Source: Piromyces finnis finn
Lineage: Eukaryota > Fungi > Neocallimastigomycota
Assembly: GCA_002104945.1 (NCBI GenBank)
Contig: MCFH01000035.1
Location: 518,567 to 582,566 of the forward strand
Direction of reading: 5' to 3'
DNA: 64,000 bases
Part shown: positions 52,377 to 64,000 of the stretch, piece after piece
Position numbering within the stretch: position 1 is the stretch's first letter
Layout of the letters: each line of letters starts with the position of its first letter
The notes under the pieces: model-generated
The model's input: only the letters and a program-made list of their open reading frames with translations
Told to the model about the DNA's origin: nothing
The model's database searches: none
Made by a program: the position numbers and the translations under genes

Positions 52377-52995
52377 TGTCAAAAAGCGATTTTTTTATTA
52401 AAGAAAAGTGTGGTAAGCACACTAGTTATATTAATTAACAAATATAATACGCTTTCCTATTGAAGGCGTAAAGCTAATAATATTTATATAAAGAAAATTA
52501 AATAATATTTTTATTTTAGCAATAACTTAATATCAGCATATATTAAGTTATTAAAAATATTAAAATTTTTAAAGTTTTAGGTTTTATAGAAGTTTATAAA
52601 TTTTATTAACTTTAAGTTAAAAAATTACTAACGCTAAAGCTTCGTAATTTTTGTCAATTTTTGTTCTTTTTATACATGAACAATTTTAATTATTACATTT
52701 TTTAATTTTAATTAATTATTATCTAATTATAAAATATTTAATTTTTATAAATTAATAATTAATATAATTATTGTAAATAGTTAATAAATTTAAAATAAAA
52801 TTTTTAATAATAAAATTTTAATAATTTTAAAAAATTTAATAATTTCAAATATTAGAAATTTTATACTTTGAAATTTTTTAATAAAAATTTAAAAAATAAA
52901 TTTTTTCAAATTTTCAAATTTTCAAATTTTGAAAAAATTTTTAATTTTTTCCATGTGTCCAAATTTTTTAAATTTTTATATATGTTATTGTGACA
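52377..52995 (-). repeat. Element A 5' LTR
   Basis: Direct repeat of 39975-40593; gag ATG follows on the minus strand. Confidence 0.95.
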
Positions 52996-54115
52996 GTTCT
53001 TCTTGATACGCTACTCACATAAAAACATGATAAAAACTAGCTGAATAAACACGACTTAACCCATAGTAACTTATAATAAAAATAAACAATAATAACCCTT
53101 AAAGATGAATGAATAATAATTTTATGAAAATATAACCCTTTCTTTAAATAAATAATATTATCTTTATTATATAATAAATTCTGAGTAAAAACGACCTAAT
53201 AGTGATAATAATAAAATAAATTATTAAATAAAATAAATTATTAAATAAAATAAAACGACTTAATCCAATAATGTACTAAAATAATAAAATAATAATAAAT
53301 AAATAAAAATGAATAAATAAACTAAAAATAAAATGATATACATCAAATTATTAATTCTAGTGTTTATCCAAGTGTTCTTTAGAAATACTCTTAAACTTAT
53401 AAATTAAAAAAATAACTAATTGAGTAATTATTACTAAAATGATAAACTTAAAACCTGGAAATAGAACAATAATAACAATTCCAAAGATAAAATACAGAAC
53501 TCTTTTATGTTTCTGTATAAAATGAGTGTTTATAATAATTGATACTTTTAATATTTTAATTTTGTTAAATTTTTATTTTAATTTTATTTTAATTTTATTT
53601 TAATATTATTTTAATTTTAAATTTTAATTATTTTATTCAAGGTATTATACATTTAATGATAGTCAATGATAATTTATAATAATTTTTCTAAATTTAAACA
53701 TTTTGAAGTAATAAGAAAATCAAATAAGTAATATTCTATAATATTTTATAATACTAAGACATAATTTTAATTTATTCTTTTAATTTTAATAAATAATAAC
53801 AATAGTAATAATAACATTTAATAGTTAAAAATAATAATACATGTAATAAATGAAAATGTATAAAAGGAAGATAAAATTCTTCTTTATAAAGGCGGACAAT
53901 AAATAGACAATAAATAAATTATAAATATAATAAAGAGATAATTTAAACATAATAAAAAGAGTTTATTTTCGAGTTTTTGAGTGATTTATTTGTTAATTAT
54001 AAAACATATTTTATTTTATTTTAAATTTATTGTTTCATCATAAATATTAGAATTTATTATTTATCAAAAATATTATATTATTCAAAAATATATCGGTCAA
54101 CGCATCATAAAATTT

Positions 54116-54132
54116 TGGTGGAGAATCCGGGC
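54116..54132 (+). promoter_or_regulatory. Primer-binding site of B, complementary to a tRNA 3' end (probably tRNA-Ala)
   Basis: TGGTGGAGAATCCGGGC is the complement of GCCCGGATTCTCCA-CCA, a tRNA-Ala-type acceptor end (isotype from general knowledge). Confidence 0.75.
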
Positions 54133-54625
54133 GTGACCAAAGATATGAAAAAGAATAATATTAATAATAATACTAATAAATTCTAAAATATTAAGCGTTT
54201 ATAAAAAAAAAACAGTTTACACTTAATTTAATTTTATTATATATTCTTCTATAATAATAATAATAATAATAAAAAAAATTTAATTATATATATAAAAGGA
54301 AATATATATAATTTTAAAATTATAAAAATTTTAATATTTCTAAAAAGGGTATTTAAGAAATTAAAAACTAAGTGATTAATAGTTAGTCATATACGTTACA
54401 CAAGGAAGAAAATTTCTATAATTCCTATAATCGTTTCCGTTCTTATTATTAATAAGGATAACTTAATCCATTCAGTTAGTTTGTTATATTTCTGATCTAT
54501 CCAGGGGATCAGTGTGATAGTAAAAACTAGGAAAAAAAGTTAATCCTTCTCAGCAGTTAATAATAAGATCATAATTTGAATTAAATATACAATTTTTATT
54601 TCTTAATTAAGAGAATAAATTAATT

Positions 54626-54700
54626 CACCAGTGCTTATTTGTAGAGGCGGCTGTTGAATGAAAAACTTCTTAGCTTAAGGCTACCTACATATTAAGCGAA
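54626..54700 (+). ncRNA. Candidate conserved structured RNA in the element B leader (function unknown)
   Basis: 29-nt core identical to 63689-63717, enclosed by a stem showing compensatory changes between the two copies. Confidence 0.55.
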
Positions 54701-55489
54701 TAATTTATTTCAATATTCTTAATTATTGACTAAAAATTTTTTTAATTTAAATTATAACAAAAAAAAAATAGTAAGTATATATTGGTTGTTGTTATATAAT
54801 AGACTGAGTTCGAAATATAGCAATAATTAAAGCAATTATTATTTAGAGAGTAAGGCGGGTACACACTCAGCAAGAGGGAGTAGGTATACTAGACAGCCTT
54901 TATTTGATTCTCAAGTAAGAGAGTAGCAAGTTCGGCTGAAAATCCTGAGTAAGGAGCAGAACTTTGGAAGTGAAAATTTATCATTTAAAGGTGGGGGTTT
55001 AGTAGGGATCCGAAAGTCTTTATAGTCACTGTGCCTCGGGTGCCTAAAAATAAATAAATAATTGTAACAATATATATAAACTATTATAATTAAATTAAAT
55101 AAAAAAAATATACATATTCTTATAAATTCCTAATTGCAAAAAAAAAAAAAAAAAAAAAAAAATTATTCTTTCATTCTTCCTTGATCATTTAAAATTGAGA
55201 GTTAATAAATTGCATTTAAATTTATAATTAGATATTATTCCGTAAAGCTTCTATTATTCCTGACTAATAATAATAATATAATATACTTTCTATAAAATAC
55301 TTCTCCGATCTGATCTCATTCAATATTAAATTTCATTATTTATATAATTTTTATAATTTATATAATCCATATAATATATATAATTTATACAATATATATA
55401 TAGATTTCTGTTGTATTACTTATTTTTTATTCTTTTATTTTTCTTTAATATACTTCTCAATTTCTAAATAATTTTCTTTAATTTTTTTT

Positions 55490-55544
<55 letters not shown>

Positions 55545-55778
55545 ATAAATTTTATATTATTTTATACTTTATCAATTTATCAATTATTTATATATTCAAT
55601 TCTTTTCATTTTTAATTTTATAAATATTATTAATATTATTATATTATTAAAGTTCAAAACACATATATATATATATAATATATAAATTCCAATTATTTTC
55701 TTTATTATCATTTATTTCAAATTAAATTATTCTTTTATTTTAATTATTTTACCTTATAAGAAATTTATATATACAAAA

Positions 55779-56978
55779 ATGAAGATCAGTGAAATCACTA
55801 AAATGCTACCTAGAATTGGTAGTCAAGATAGGGATATCGAAAGCTGGGCTGAAGAATTCAGCAGAGTTATGGACCTATCTGACATCAATGATCCCAAAAA
55901 GATATTCGCTTGGGCAAAGGAATGTGTCCAAGGTAGATTAAAAGGAATCATTGATGACTTAAAAACAGAAAGTGATACTGGAACAAATTATCCTAGTATC
56001 GAAGATATTAAAGAGGCTATTGAAGAATACTTAGAAATCACGCCTCAAGAAAAATGCTTCAATGTTAAGTCTCTAAAAATTAGAAGAGGAGAAAGTATTA
56101 AGGATTTCAACTGGAGATACGGAAACTTATATAAAAATCTTAATGTTGGATCCCAACTATTCGTTACTGTTAAGGATTATACTAATTCCATTATTTCTCG
56201 TCCTTTTATCAGAACTCAAGTAATCACTGCCCAACCTAAAGATATAGAAGCCGCTTTTAAGGTTGCCGAATTAGCTGAATCAGCAACTGAAGTTCCTCAG
56301 TATCATAATGTAAATATGTTTACTGATAACCAACCTTACTTTGATCCATATCAAAACCAAAATTATAATCTATTTACTCAACATAGTGGTGGAACTAATT
56401 ATAATTATTTTAATAATAATGATAGTCCATATACTTATAATGGATACTACAATAATAACTATAATAATAATTATGATAATAATAATAATTATAATAATTA
56501 TAATATGCGATTCAATGGAAACTATAATATGAGAAATCAACGTTTTAATAAGAGAAATAATTACAGAAATAATTACCCAAATAATTTCAATACTAATAAT
56601 AATAGTTATAGTAACAATTATAATAATAATTATAACAATAATTATAACAACTATCAAGGTGATCAAAATGCATATAATAATGGTTATAGTAAATACCCTT
56701 ATAATTCTAGTACATTTAATAACAATAATTATTCCAATATGGAAGAAAATAAATCATATCAAAATTCCACTAATTATTCTAATAATGTTAATGCTAATAA
56801 AATGAATACTACTACTAATAAAGTTAATCAAACTACATCTCAAAGTCAAGTGAATATGTTTAACCAGTCTCAAAGAAATAAATGTTTTAGATGTCAACAA
56901 GTAGGCCACAAAATGCAAGATTGCAAATATACATTCCAAGAACTTGCAGAAATGGAAACAAGGCCTTATAAACTCTAA
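55779..56978 (+). CDS. Element B gag with Asn/Tyr-rich tract and CCHC knuckle
   Basis: ORF track; CFRCQQVGHKMQDC; position between the PBS and pol. Confidence 0.85.
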   Translation: MKISEITKMLPRIGSQDRDIESWAEEFSRVMDLSDINDPKKIFAWAKECVQGRLKGIIDDLKTESDTGTNYPSIEDIKEAIEEYLEITPQEKCFNVKSLKIRRGESIKDFNWRYGNLYKNLNVGSQLFVTVKDYTNSIISRPFIRTQVITAQPKDIEAAFKVAELAESATEVPQYHNVNMFTDNQPYFDPYQNQNYNLFTQHSGGTNYNYFNNNDSPYTYNGYYNNNYNNNYDNNNNYNNYNMRFNGNYNMRNQRFNKRNNYRNNYPNNFNTNNNSYSNNYNNNYNNNYNNYQGDQNAYNNGYSKYPYNSSTFNNNNYSNMEENKSYQNSTNYSNNVNANKMNTTTNKVNQTTSQSQVNMFNQSQRNKCFRCQQVGHKMQDCKYTFQELAEMETRPYKL

Positions 56979-56996
56979 TCAAAATCATTTAAACTT

Positions 56997-59900
56997 ATGA
57001 GTGGGAGAAGGAATACTCCCATAAATCAAACCAATACTACTTTTGCTACAATATCAGTACCAGTAAATGAAGAAATTACTATTCCAGTAATAAGAAAAGC
57101 TAAAAAGAATACTGATATTAAACCATATAAAAGAACTACCAAAGAAAAATTAAGTGACAATCCACAACCAATTAGAGTTCCAAGTAATGAGACTAGAGAA
57201 CCATTAAATAATACTTATGAAGATATAATTGAAGTTCCAAATAACGAAGTAGAAATGGAGTCTGTAATTGAAAATGAAAATAATAATAATAATAATAATC
57301 TTAATAATAATTATAATAATAATATTAATAATAATATGAGTATGAATAATGACACTAATATAAATAATAATGAAAGTAATAAAATAGATAATAACATTAA
57401 TGATAATAATATTAATAATAACACTAATTCAACAGAAGCATTAAAACAATTAGATCCTTCATTCATTAATCAACCCACTATAGATAAAGCTAAACGAAAT
57501 AATAAAAAAGAACGAGAAAAGGAAATAATTGAACTAGCAAAAGAGATTGAACTTCCGAGTCAAAAGGAAAAAAATGTATCAAATGAAAAAGGAACAAAAA
57601 GATTAGTTATTTCAGCAGATCAAGAAAAATATAATATAACTAAAGATATAGGTGAAAAATTTGCAAATATAACAATAGGCCAACTACTTGAAATTAGTCC
57701 TAAATTGAAAACGGAACTTTCAAAAGCACTAAAATTTACTAAAATTATTGAAGATGAATCTACAATTCTTTCTACCATAAGAAAAGATAAAGTCGTGAAA
57801 TCAAAATGTAAAATAGAAGGAATAGAAACTACTGTATATTTGGACTCTTGTTCATCTATAAATATGATTACTAGAAGATTCTTATTAGAAAATAATATTC
57901 CATTAAAACCAGTTTCAAAAATTAGAGAAACTTTATATCAAGCTTATTCCAATACTACTATTGAGTCGCATCTATATGAAATTGAAATTACTATTGGTAA
58001 TATAACATCTAAAGAAATATTTAGACTTATTGAAAAAGAAGATATATTCCAGGTCTTAATTGGTGTAGAAACTTTAGCTAATATGAAATTAATTATGGAC
58101 TTTTCTGATCATACTTTATATCAGAAAACTGATGATATTCACAAAATTGGATCTTTTGAAAGTATTAATGAAATGAATCAAACTAACTTAATAGAAGAAT
58201 TTGATGAAGAAATTAATCAAGATGCATTAATATATTACTTAACTAGTCAGAATGATAAATATCAAGATTTAGAAATTAAAACTACTAGTGATTCTAAATT
58301 ACAACTTATTAATAAAATAGTTGATGAAACACAAAAAGAAGCAAAAGACCAACTGAAGAATCTTTTAATAACTAATATAGATGTTTTAGCTAATGATACT
58401 GATGATTTGGGTAAATCAAAATTATTAGCTCATGAAATTAAATTAAATCAAGATGATCCTATTAAACAGAAAATGTATCGTATTTCTAATAAAGAACATA
58501 TGGAAATTCTAAAAGAAGAAATAGGAAAGCTTTTAAAGAATGATTTAATAGAACCATCACAATCATCTTGGTCTTCTCCAGTTTTATTAGTACCAAAAAA
58601 GAATGGAAAATGGAGGATGTGTGTAGATTATAGAAAATTAAATTCTATAACAATAAAAGATTCATATCCACTTCCATACATCGAAGAAATATTATTTTCT
58701 ATTGGTAATAATGTAAAATATTTATCTACATTAGATTTATTCTCTGGTTTTCATCAAATACCAATGAAAAAAGAAGATATTGATAAAACATGTTTTACAA
58801 CAATATTTGGAAATTATAATTACAAAGTAATGCCTTTTGGTTTATGTAATGCTCCAGCAACCTTTCAAAGAGAAATGAACCGTATATTTCTACCACTTAT
58901 TGGAAAATGTTTATTTGTTTATATGGATGACCTTTTAGTATTTTCTCCAAGTCTTGAACAACATATATTAGATCTTCAAAAGGTTTTTAATATAATAAAA
59001 GAAAATGGTATAAAAGCAAATCTTTCTAAATGTCATTTCTTAAAACAAGAAGTAGAGGTCCTTGGTCATATTCTATCAGTAGAAGGTGTCAAACCAGTTG
59101 AAAAGAAAATTGAAACTATTAAAAATTGGAAGTCACCAACAAACCTTACACAGCTAAGATCATTTTTAGGAGCTATAGGATATTACAGGAAGTTTATAAA
59201 AGATTTTGCCCAAATTGCTCATCCATTATTTAAATTATTAAAAAAGGGTATGAAATTTGAATGGACATCTGAAACTGAAGAAAGTTTCCAAATACTAAAA
59301 GAAAGACTGATTAAGTCTCCTATTTTAAAATATCCTGACTATGATAAAAATTTTATTATAAGAACTGATGCATCACTTAATGGTATTGGTGGTGTATTAC
59401 TTCAAAAAGATGAAAATAATGTTGAATATCCAATTCATTATGTTAGTAGGTCTTTAAATGATAGTGAAATTAATTATAGTATAACTGACTTAGAAGGAAC
59501 CGCAGCTTTTTATTGTTGTAAGAAATTTAAATCTTATATAAGTGGGAATAAAGAAGAAACGATATTATATACTGACCATAAACCTTTAGTTGGCTTATTT
59601 AATAATAAAGAACCAAATAATGCTCGTCAAACACGCTGGGTTACTACACTTAGTATGCTCAAGGTAAAAGTCAAATATGAACAAGGAAAGAAAAACGTAG
59701 TCGCTGATGCATTATCTAGACTAATACCAGACAATAAAAATGATATAAAAATTTCACTAGCTACCTTTAATAATAATGATGGTGAAACTACTAAAAATAA
59801 TATTTTAAATTCAAATAAAGATTTTTACTCTAAAAATAATGAAAATATAGTTTATTCTTGTAATTTTAATAATTCATGTATTAATGATAATGAAATAAAT

Positions 59901-61720
59901 AAAAATAACAATATTAATCCTTATATTGATAAAAATATTGACTTAAATAAAAATTCTTGTGTTAATGAAAGTGTAAATTCAATTAAATATTCTAAACTTA
60001 ATAATGTTGATTTAAATAATTATATCTCTACTAATAATAATTCACATGGAAGTAAAAATATAAATATAAATTTTAAAAATGATATTGATAAAAGCAAGAA
60101 TAATAATTATTTTAAAAATAATGAAATAAATGAATTATCTGAATATGATAATGATATTGTTTATAATGAAGTAATGAATAGTGATATCAATGTCTTAAAT
60201 GATACTCGCAACTTAAATAATAAAATAGATATAAATAAAAATGATTTTCCTAAATTAAATGAAAATATTACAACTAGTTATAATAATTCTAACATCCATA
60301 ATAATCATAATAATATTCATTCATATGATCCATCTAATATTTTTAATATTGATAAAAATAATTATTTTAATATAGAAAATAAAATAAAAACATCCTCAGT
60401 CCCATCTGAAAATGGAAAAGAAGAATTATTAGATAATGATACTGACTCAGAAGCGGTTCTTGTAACTGACACATCTATTGATACTAGTGAAAATAATTCA
60501 AATGAATATCCAGGAAGTAATAAAATTAAAGAATTTCTTAAAAAGAAAATTATCTTAATAAATGGAATAAAATATTATAAAGATGGAGACAATATCAGAA
60601 AAGTTGTTGAAGATAAAGAAGAGAAAATAGAATTACTATTAGCTGCGCATTCAATAGGTCATGAAGGATTTTATAAAACTTATAATAGACTGAAGAAAAG
60701 TTATTATTGGAAAAATATGGCTAAAGATGTAGAACTACTTGTAAAAACTTGTCATGATTGTCAATTAAAGAGACCTCAACCTATTAATAGTGGTACTGAA
60801 TCATTTGCTACAAAGCCAGGTCTACCATTCACTAGAGTTGGTTTAGATATTATTGGACCACTACCAATAACTAAAAATAATAATAAATATATAATAGTAC
60901 TTGTAGACTATTTTACCAAATGGGTTGAAGCTGAACCTCTAAAATCAATTGAATCTACGGATGTTATAAAATTTCTTACAAATGTATTTTCTAGACATGG
61001 TACTCCAGAAATATTAATTACTGATAATGGTTCACAATTTACTTCTGATGCTACTAAAGGCTTCTTGATTTATATGGTATATATGTTCAATATTCTAGCA
61101 CTTATCATCCAGAAACAAATGGACAAGTAGAAAATCGTAACAGAGAAATTGTTAAAAATATTCGACTATTAGGAGACTCAAATAAAGAATGGGACGAAGT
61201 TCTTCCATCGGCTTTATGGGCTCTACGTACTTGTAAAAATGAAGTAACAAAATTTTCTAGCTTTGAATTATTATATGGTCGTACTGACCTTCAACCATTT
61301 GAACTTATGATAGAATATAATAATAAAAATGAATATGAAACTCCAGAAGAATATTTAATAAATAAATTTACTACACATTGGGAATGGATTATTGAAGTTA
61401 CCAAAAATATTCAGAATGCTAATAAATTATGGGAAAATAGAAGAAAACAAAAAGCTTCAATGAATACTGCATTTTCAGCCGGTGATTTAGTACTTGTTAG
61501 AAATTTTTCAAGAAGAAAGTTAGATCCATTTTTCATGGGACCTTTCCGTATTATTAAAATGGAATTTAATACTGCTACATTATGTGACCCTATTAGTGGT
61601 GCAATAGCTGAAAGAAATGTTCATCAAAAGAATTTAGTTCATTATCATACTTGGCACAATGAGACTTCCAGGGACGAAGTCCAAACTAAGTGGGGGGATC
61701 TTGATACGCTACTCACATAA
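56997..61720 (+). pseudogene. Element B pol (PR, RT, RH, Asn-rich spacer, IN) with a frameshift in IN near 61068
   Basis: YLDSCSS (PR-like, DSC rather than DSG), YMDD, RTDASLNGIG, HSIGH...CHDC, GLDIIG, TDNG. YHPETNGQVENRN continues in another frame into ORF 61307-61720, which ends inside the 3' LTR. Confidence 0.88.
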
Positions 61721-62789
61721 AAACATATAAAAACTAGCTGAATAAACACGAATTAACCCATAGCGACTTATAATAAAAATAAACAATAATAACCCTTAAA
61801 GATGAATGAATAATAATTTTATGGAAATATAACCCTTTCTTTTAAATAAATAATATTCTCTTTATTAAATAATAAATTATGAATAAAAACGACTAATAGA
61901 GATAATAATAAAAAAATAAATAAATTATTAAATAAAATAAAACGACTCAATCCAAAATGTATTAAAATAATAAAATAATAATAAGTAAATAAAAATGAAT
62001 AAATAAACTAAAAAATAAAATGATATACATAAATTATTAATTCTAGTGTTTATCCAAGTGTTCTTTAGAAATTCTTTCAAACTTATAATTAAAAAAAATA
62101 AATAACTGAGTAATTATTACTAAAATGATTAATTTAAAGCCTGGAAATAGAACAATAATAACAATTTAAAGATAAAATACAGAACTCTTTTATGTTTCTG
62201 TATAAAATGTGTTTATATTAATTGATACTTTTAATATTTGATTTTATTAATTTTATTTCAATTTTTATTTTAATTTTATTTTAATATTATTTTAATTTTA
62301 AATTTTAATTATTTTATTCAAGGTATTATACATTTAATGATAGTTAATGATAATTTATAATATTTTTCTAATTTTAAACATTTTGAAGTAATAAGAAATC
62401 AAATAAGTAATATTCTATAATATTTTATAATACTAAGACATAATTTTAATTTATTCTTTTAATTTTAATAAATAATAACAATAGTAATAATAACATTTAA
62501 TAGTTAAAAATAATAATACATGTAATAAATGAAAATGTATAAAAGGAAGATAAAATTCTTCTTTATAAGGGCGGACAATAAATAGACAATAAATAAATTA
62601 TAAATATAATAAAGAGATAATTTAAATATAATAAAAAGAGTTTATTTTCGAGTTTTTGAGTGATTTATTTGTTAATTATAAAACATATTTTATTTTATTT
62701 TAAATTTATTGTTTCATCATAAATATTAGAATTTATTATTTATTAAAAATATTATATTATTCAAAAATATATCGGTCAACGCATCATTT

Positions 62790-63512
62790 TGGTACACCAC
62801 ATTCAGAAAAATGCAATAAATCCATATTTGGTAAATGAAATAACCCTTATAATATATATGGATTTAAATATTTTTATTTAAGAAATTTATATAACGATAG
62901 TAATAATAAGAATAGTAAATTAAATTAAATTAAAACTTATAAATAATTTATTAAAGTAAAATAAACTTTTTATAATTTAATATAAGGATGATAAAAATAT
63001 AATTATATAAGGAAGAGAAAGACGCGTATATATATTAAAAAAAAAAAAAGGAAGAGTTTTTAGTTTTTAGTTAGTTTTTAGTTAGTTGATATTATTATAT
63101 TATAAATAAAATAAAGATAAGGTGATAATAATAGAAGAATAAATAATATTATTGTTAGATTTAGTGAAGGAATTAATAATAATATTAGTTTATTTTCTAA
63201 GATTATACCTATTTTTAAAACAAATAATAATATAAAATAATAATAAATAATACTTATAAATAATAAACTTGTAATAAAAAATAATAAATAAAATAATAAA
63301 ATAATAAATAATAAAAATAAATAAATAATAAATAATATAAAAAAATATTCATCTAGAATATAAATTTGTTATTTATAACTGTTGTAGTGTCCCAAACAAT
63401 AAAGAAAAAGGTACTTATAATAAAATTCTGTACCAAGTTTTTGGTGGAGAATCCGGGCGTACAACAAGCAAATTTATGAAAATAGATGAGTAATAGATAG
63501 AGATTATACAAA

Positions 63513-63561
<49 letters not shown>

Positions 63562-64000
63562 AATAATAATAATAAATTAATATATATAATAATAATAATA
63601 ATAAATTATATATAACTATTAAATTATATTATTTTAATTATTTAATTTGAAGAATACACATATTTCCACCAACCGCTTTGGGTAGATCGCGGCTGTTGAA
63701 TGAAAAACTTCTTAGCTAAAGGCCTTCTACACCAAAGTCGATAATATAAGTAGTTCTAAGAATTAAATTTATTAAAATAAAATAGTTTATATTTATATAT
63801 AAAATATACCATAAATTTATAATTAATACGCGTGTTAATAATAATAAAAATATAAAAATATATACAATTAGAAATCACGCGATATAATAAACAGACAAAC
63901 AATAATAAGAGTAATATTAGTTCATCTTTGAGAAATGGATTTAACTACTATACGTAAAGATTCCCAAACTTGATAACTATGGGAAGAATGTTATGGGAAT
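62790..64000 (+). mobile_element. LTR retrotransposon C: 5' LTR (62790-63435), tRNA-Ala-type PBS (63442-63458) and start of leader; runs off the window
   Basis: Terminal inverted repeat TGGTACA...TGTACCA; same PBS as B; shares the B leader motif; LTR sequence unrelated to B. Confidence 0.75.
63667..63742 (+). ncRNA. Second copy of the candidate structured leader RNA (element C)
   Basis: GCTTTGGGTAGA / TCTACACCAAAGT stem (12 bp plus a bulged A) enclosing the same 29-nt core. Confidence 0.55.

Larger units (their letters stand above)
39975..52995 (-). mobile_element. Ty3/gypsy element A (chromovirus-like), interrupted by element D
   Basis: 619-bp LTRs at 39975-40593 and 52377-52995 with no differences spotted by eye; 5-bp TSD GTTCT (39970-39974, 52996-53000); PPT at about 40594-40605; gag-PR-RT-RH-IN plus chromodomain-like tail. 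Confidence 0.95.
53004..62786 (+). mobile_element. Ty3/gypsy element B (no chromodomain, tRNA-Ala PBS), full length with diverged LTRs
   Basis: LTRs 53004-54107 and 61702-62786 (TGATACG...CGCATCA) differ by many substitutions and indels; PBS at 54116; PPT AAGTGGGGGGA at about 61688-61698; separate gag and pol ORFs. Confidence 0.92.

Noticed and set aside
54641-54690. Leader motif as a hammerhead ribozyme (CTGTTGA...GAAA) or fluoride riboswitch (...GCT.A.G.C..CCTAC)
   Set aside because: Stems I and III cannot be formed around the core, and the fluoride P1/pseudoknot pairing is absent. Kept as an unassigned motif.
54795-55030. Group I intron P7 pairing (GACTG with TAGTC) in the B leader
   Set aside because: Spacing is atypical and I could not find P3/P4/P6 or an internal guide sequence.

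Overview
Extremely AT-rich eukaryotic DNA, almost certainly from an anaerobic gut fungus (Neocallimastigomycota), judged from fungal dockerin repeats, solute-binding-domain 7TM receptors and short AT-rich introns. The left 34 kb is host genes: a Sec7/PH protein whose catalytic motif is altered; a 15-exon CDK5-like kinase containing a U12-type AT-AC intron; prenyltransferase alpha subunit RAM2; BBS2; two tandem, almost identical SBP-7TM receptors; and a cellulosomal GH10 xylanase with five CBM29-like repeats and three dockerins. The right 30 kb is a retrotransposon pile centred on one tRNA-Ser(UGA) gene. On its 3' side lies a truncated Ty1/copia element whose PBS matches the anticodon arm of tRNA-Lys. 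On its 5' side, three different Ty3/gypsy elements (A, B, C) are stacked end to end, starting 11 bp from the tRNA, and a fourth intact element (D) is nested in the RT of A. A and D have Tf1-like self-priming PBSs. B and C use tRNA-Ala and share a covarying RNA stem-loop in otherwise unalignable leaders. All calls come from reading the sequence by eye; no searches were run.
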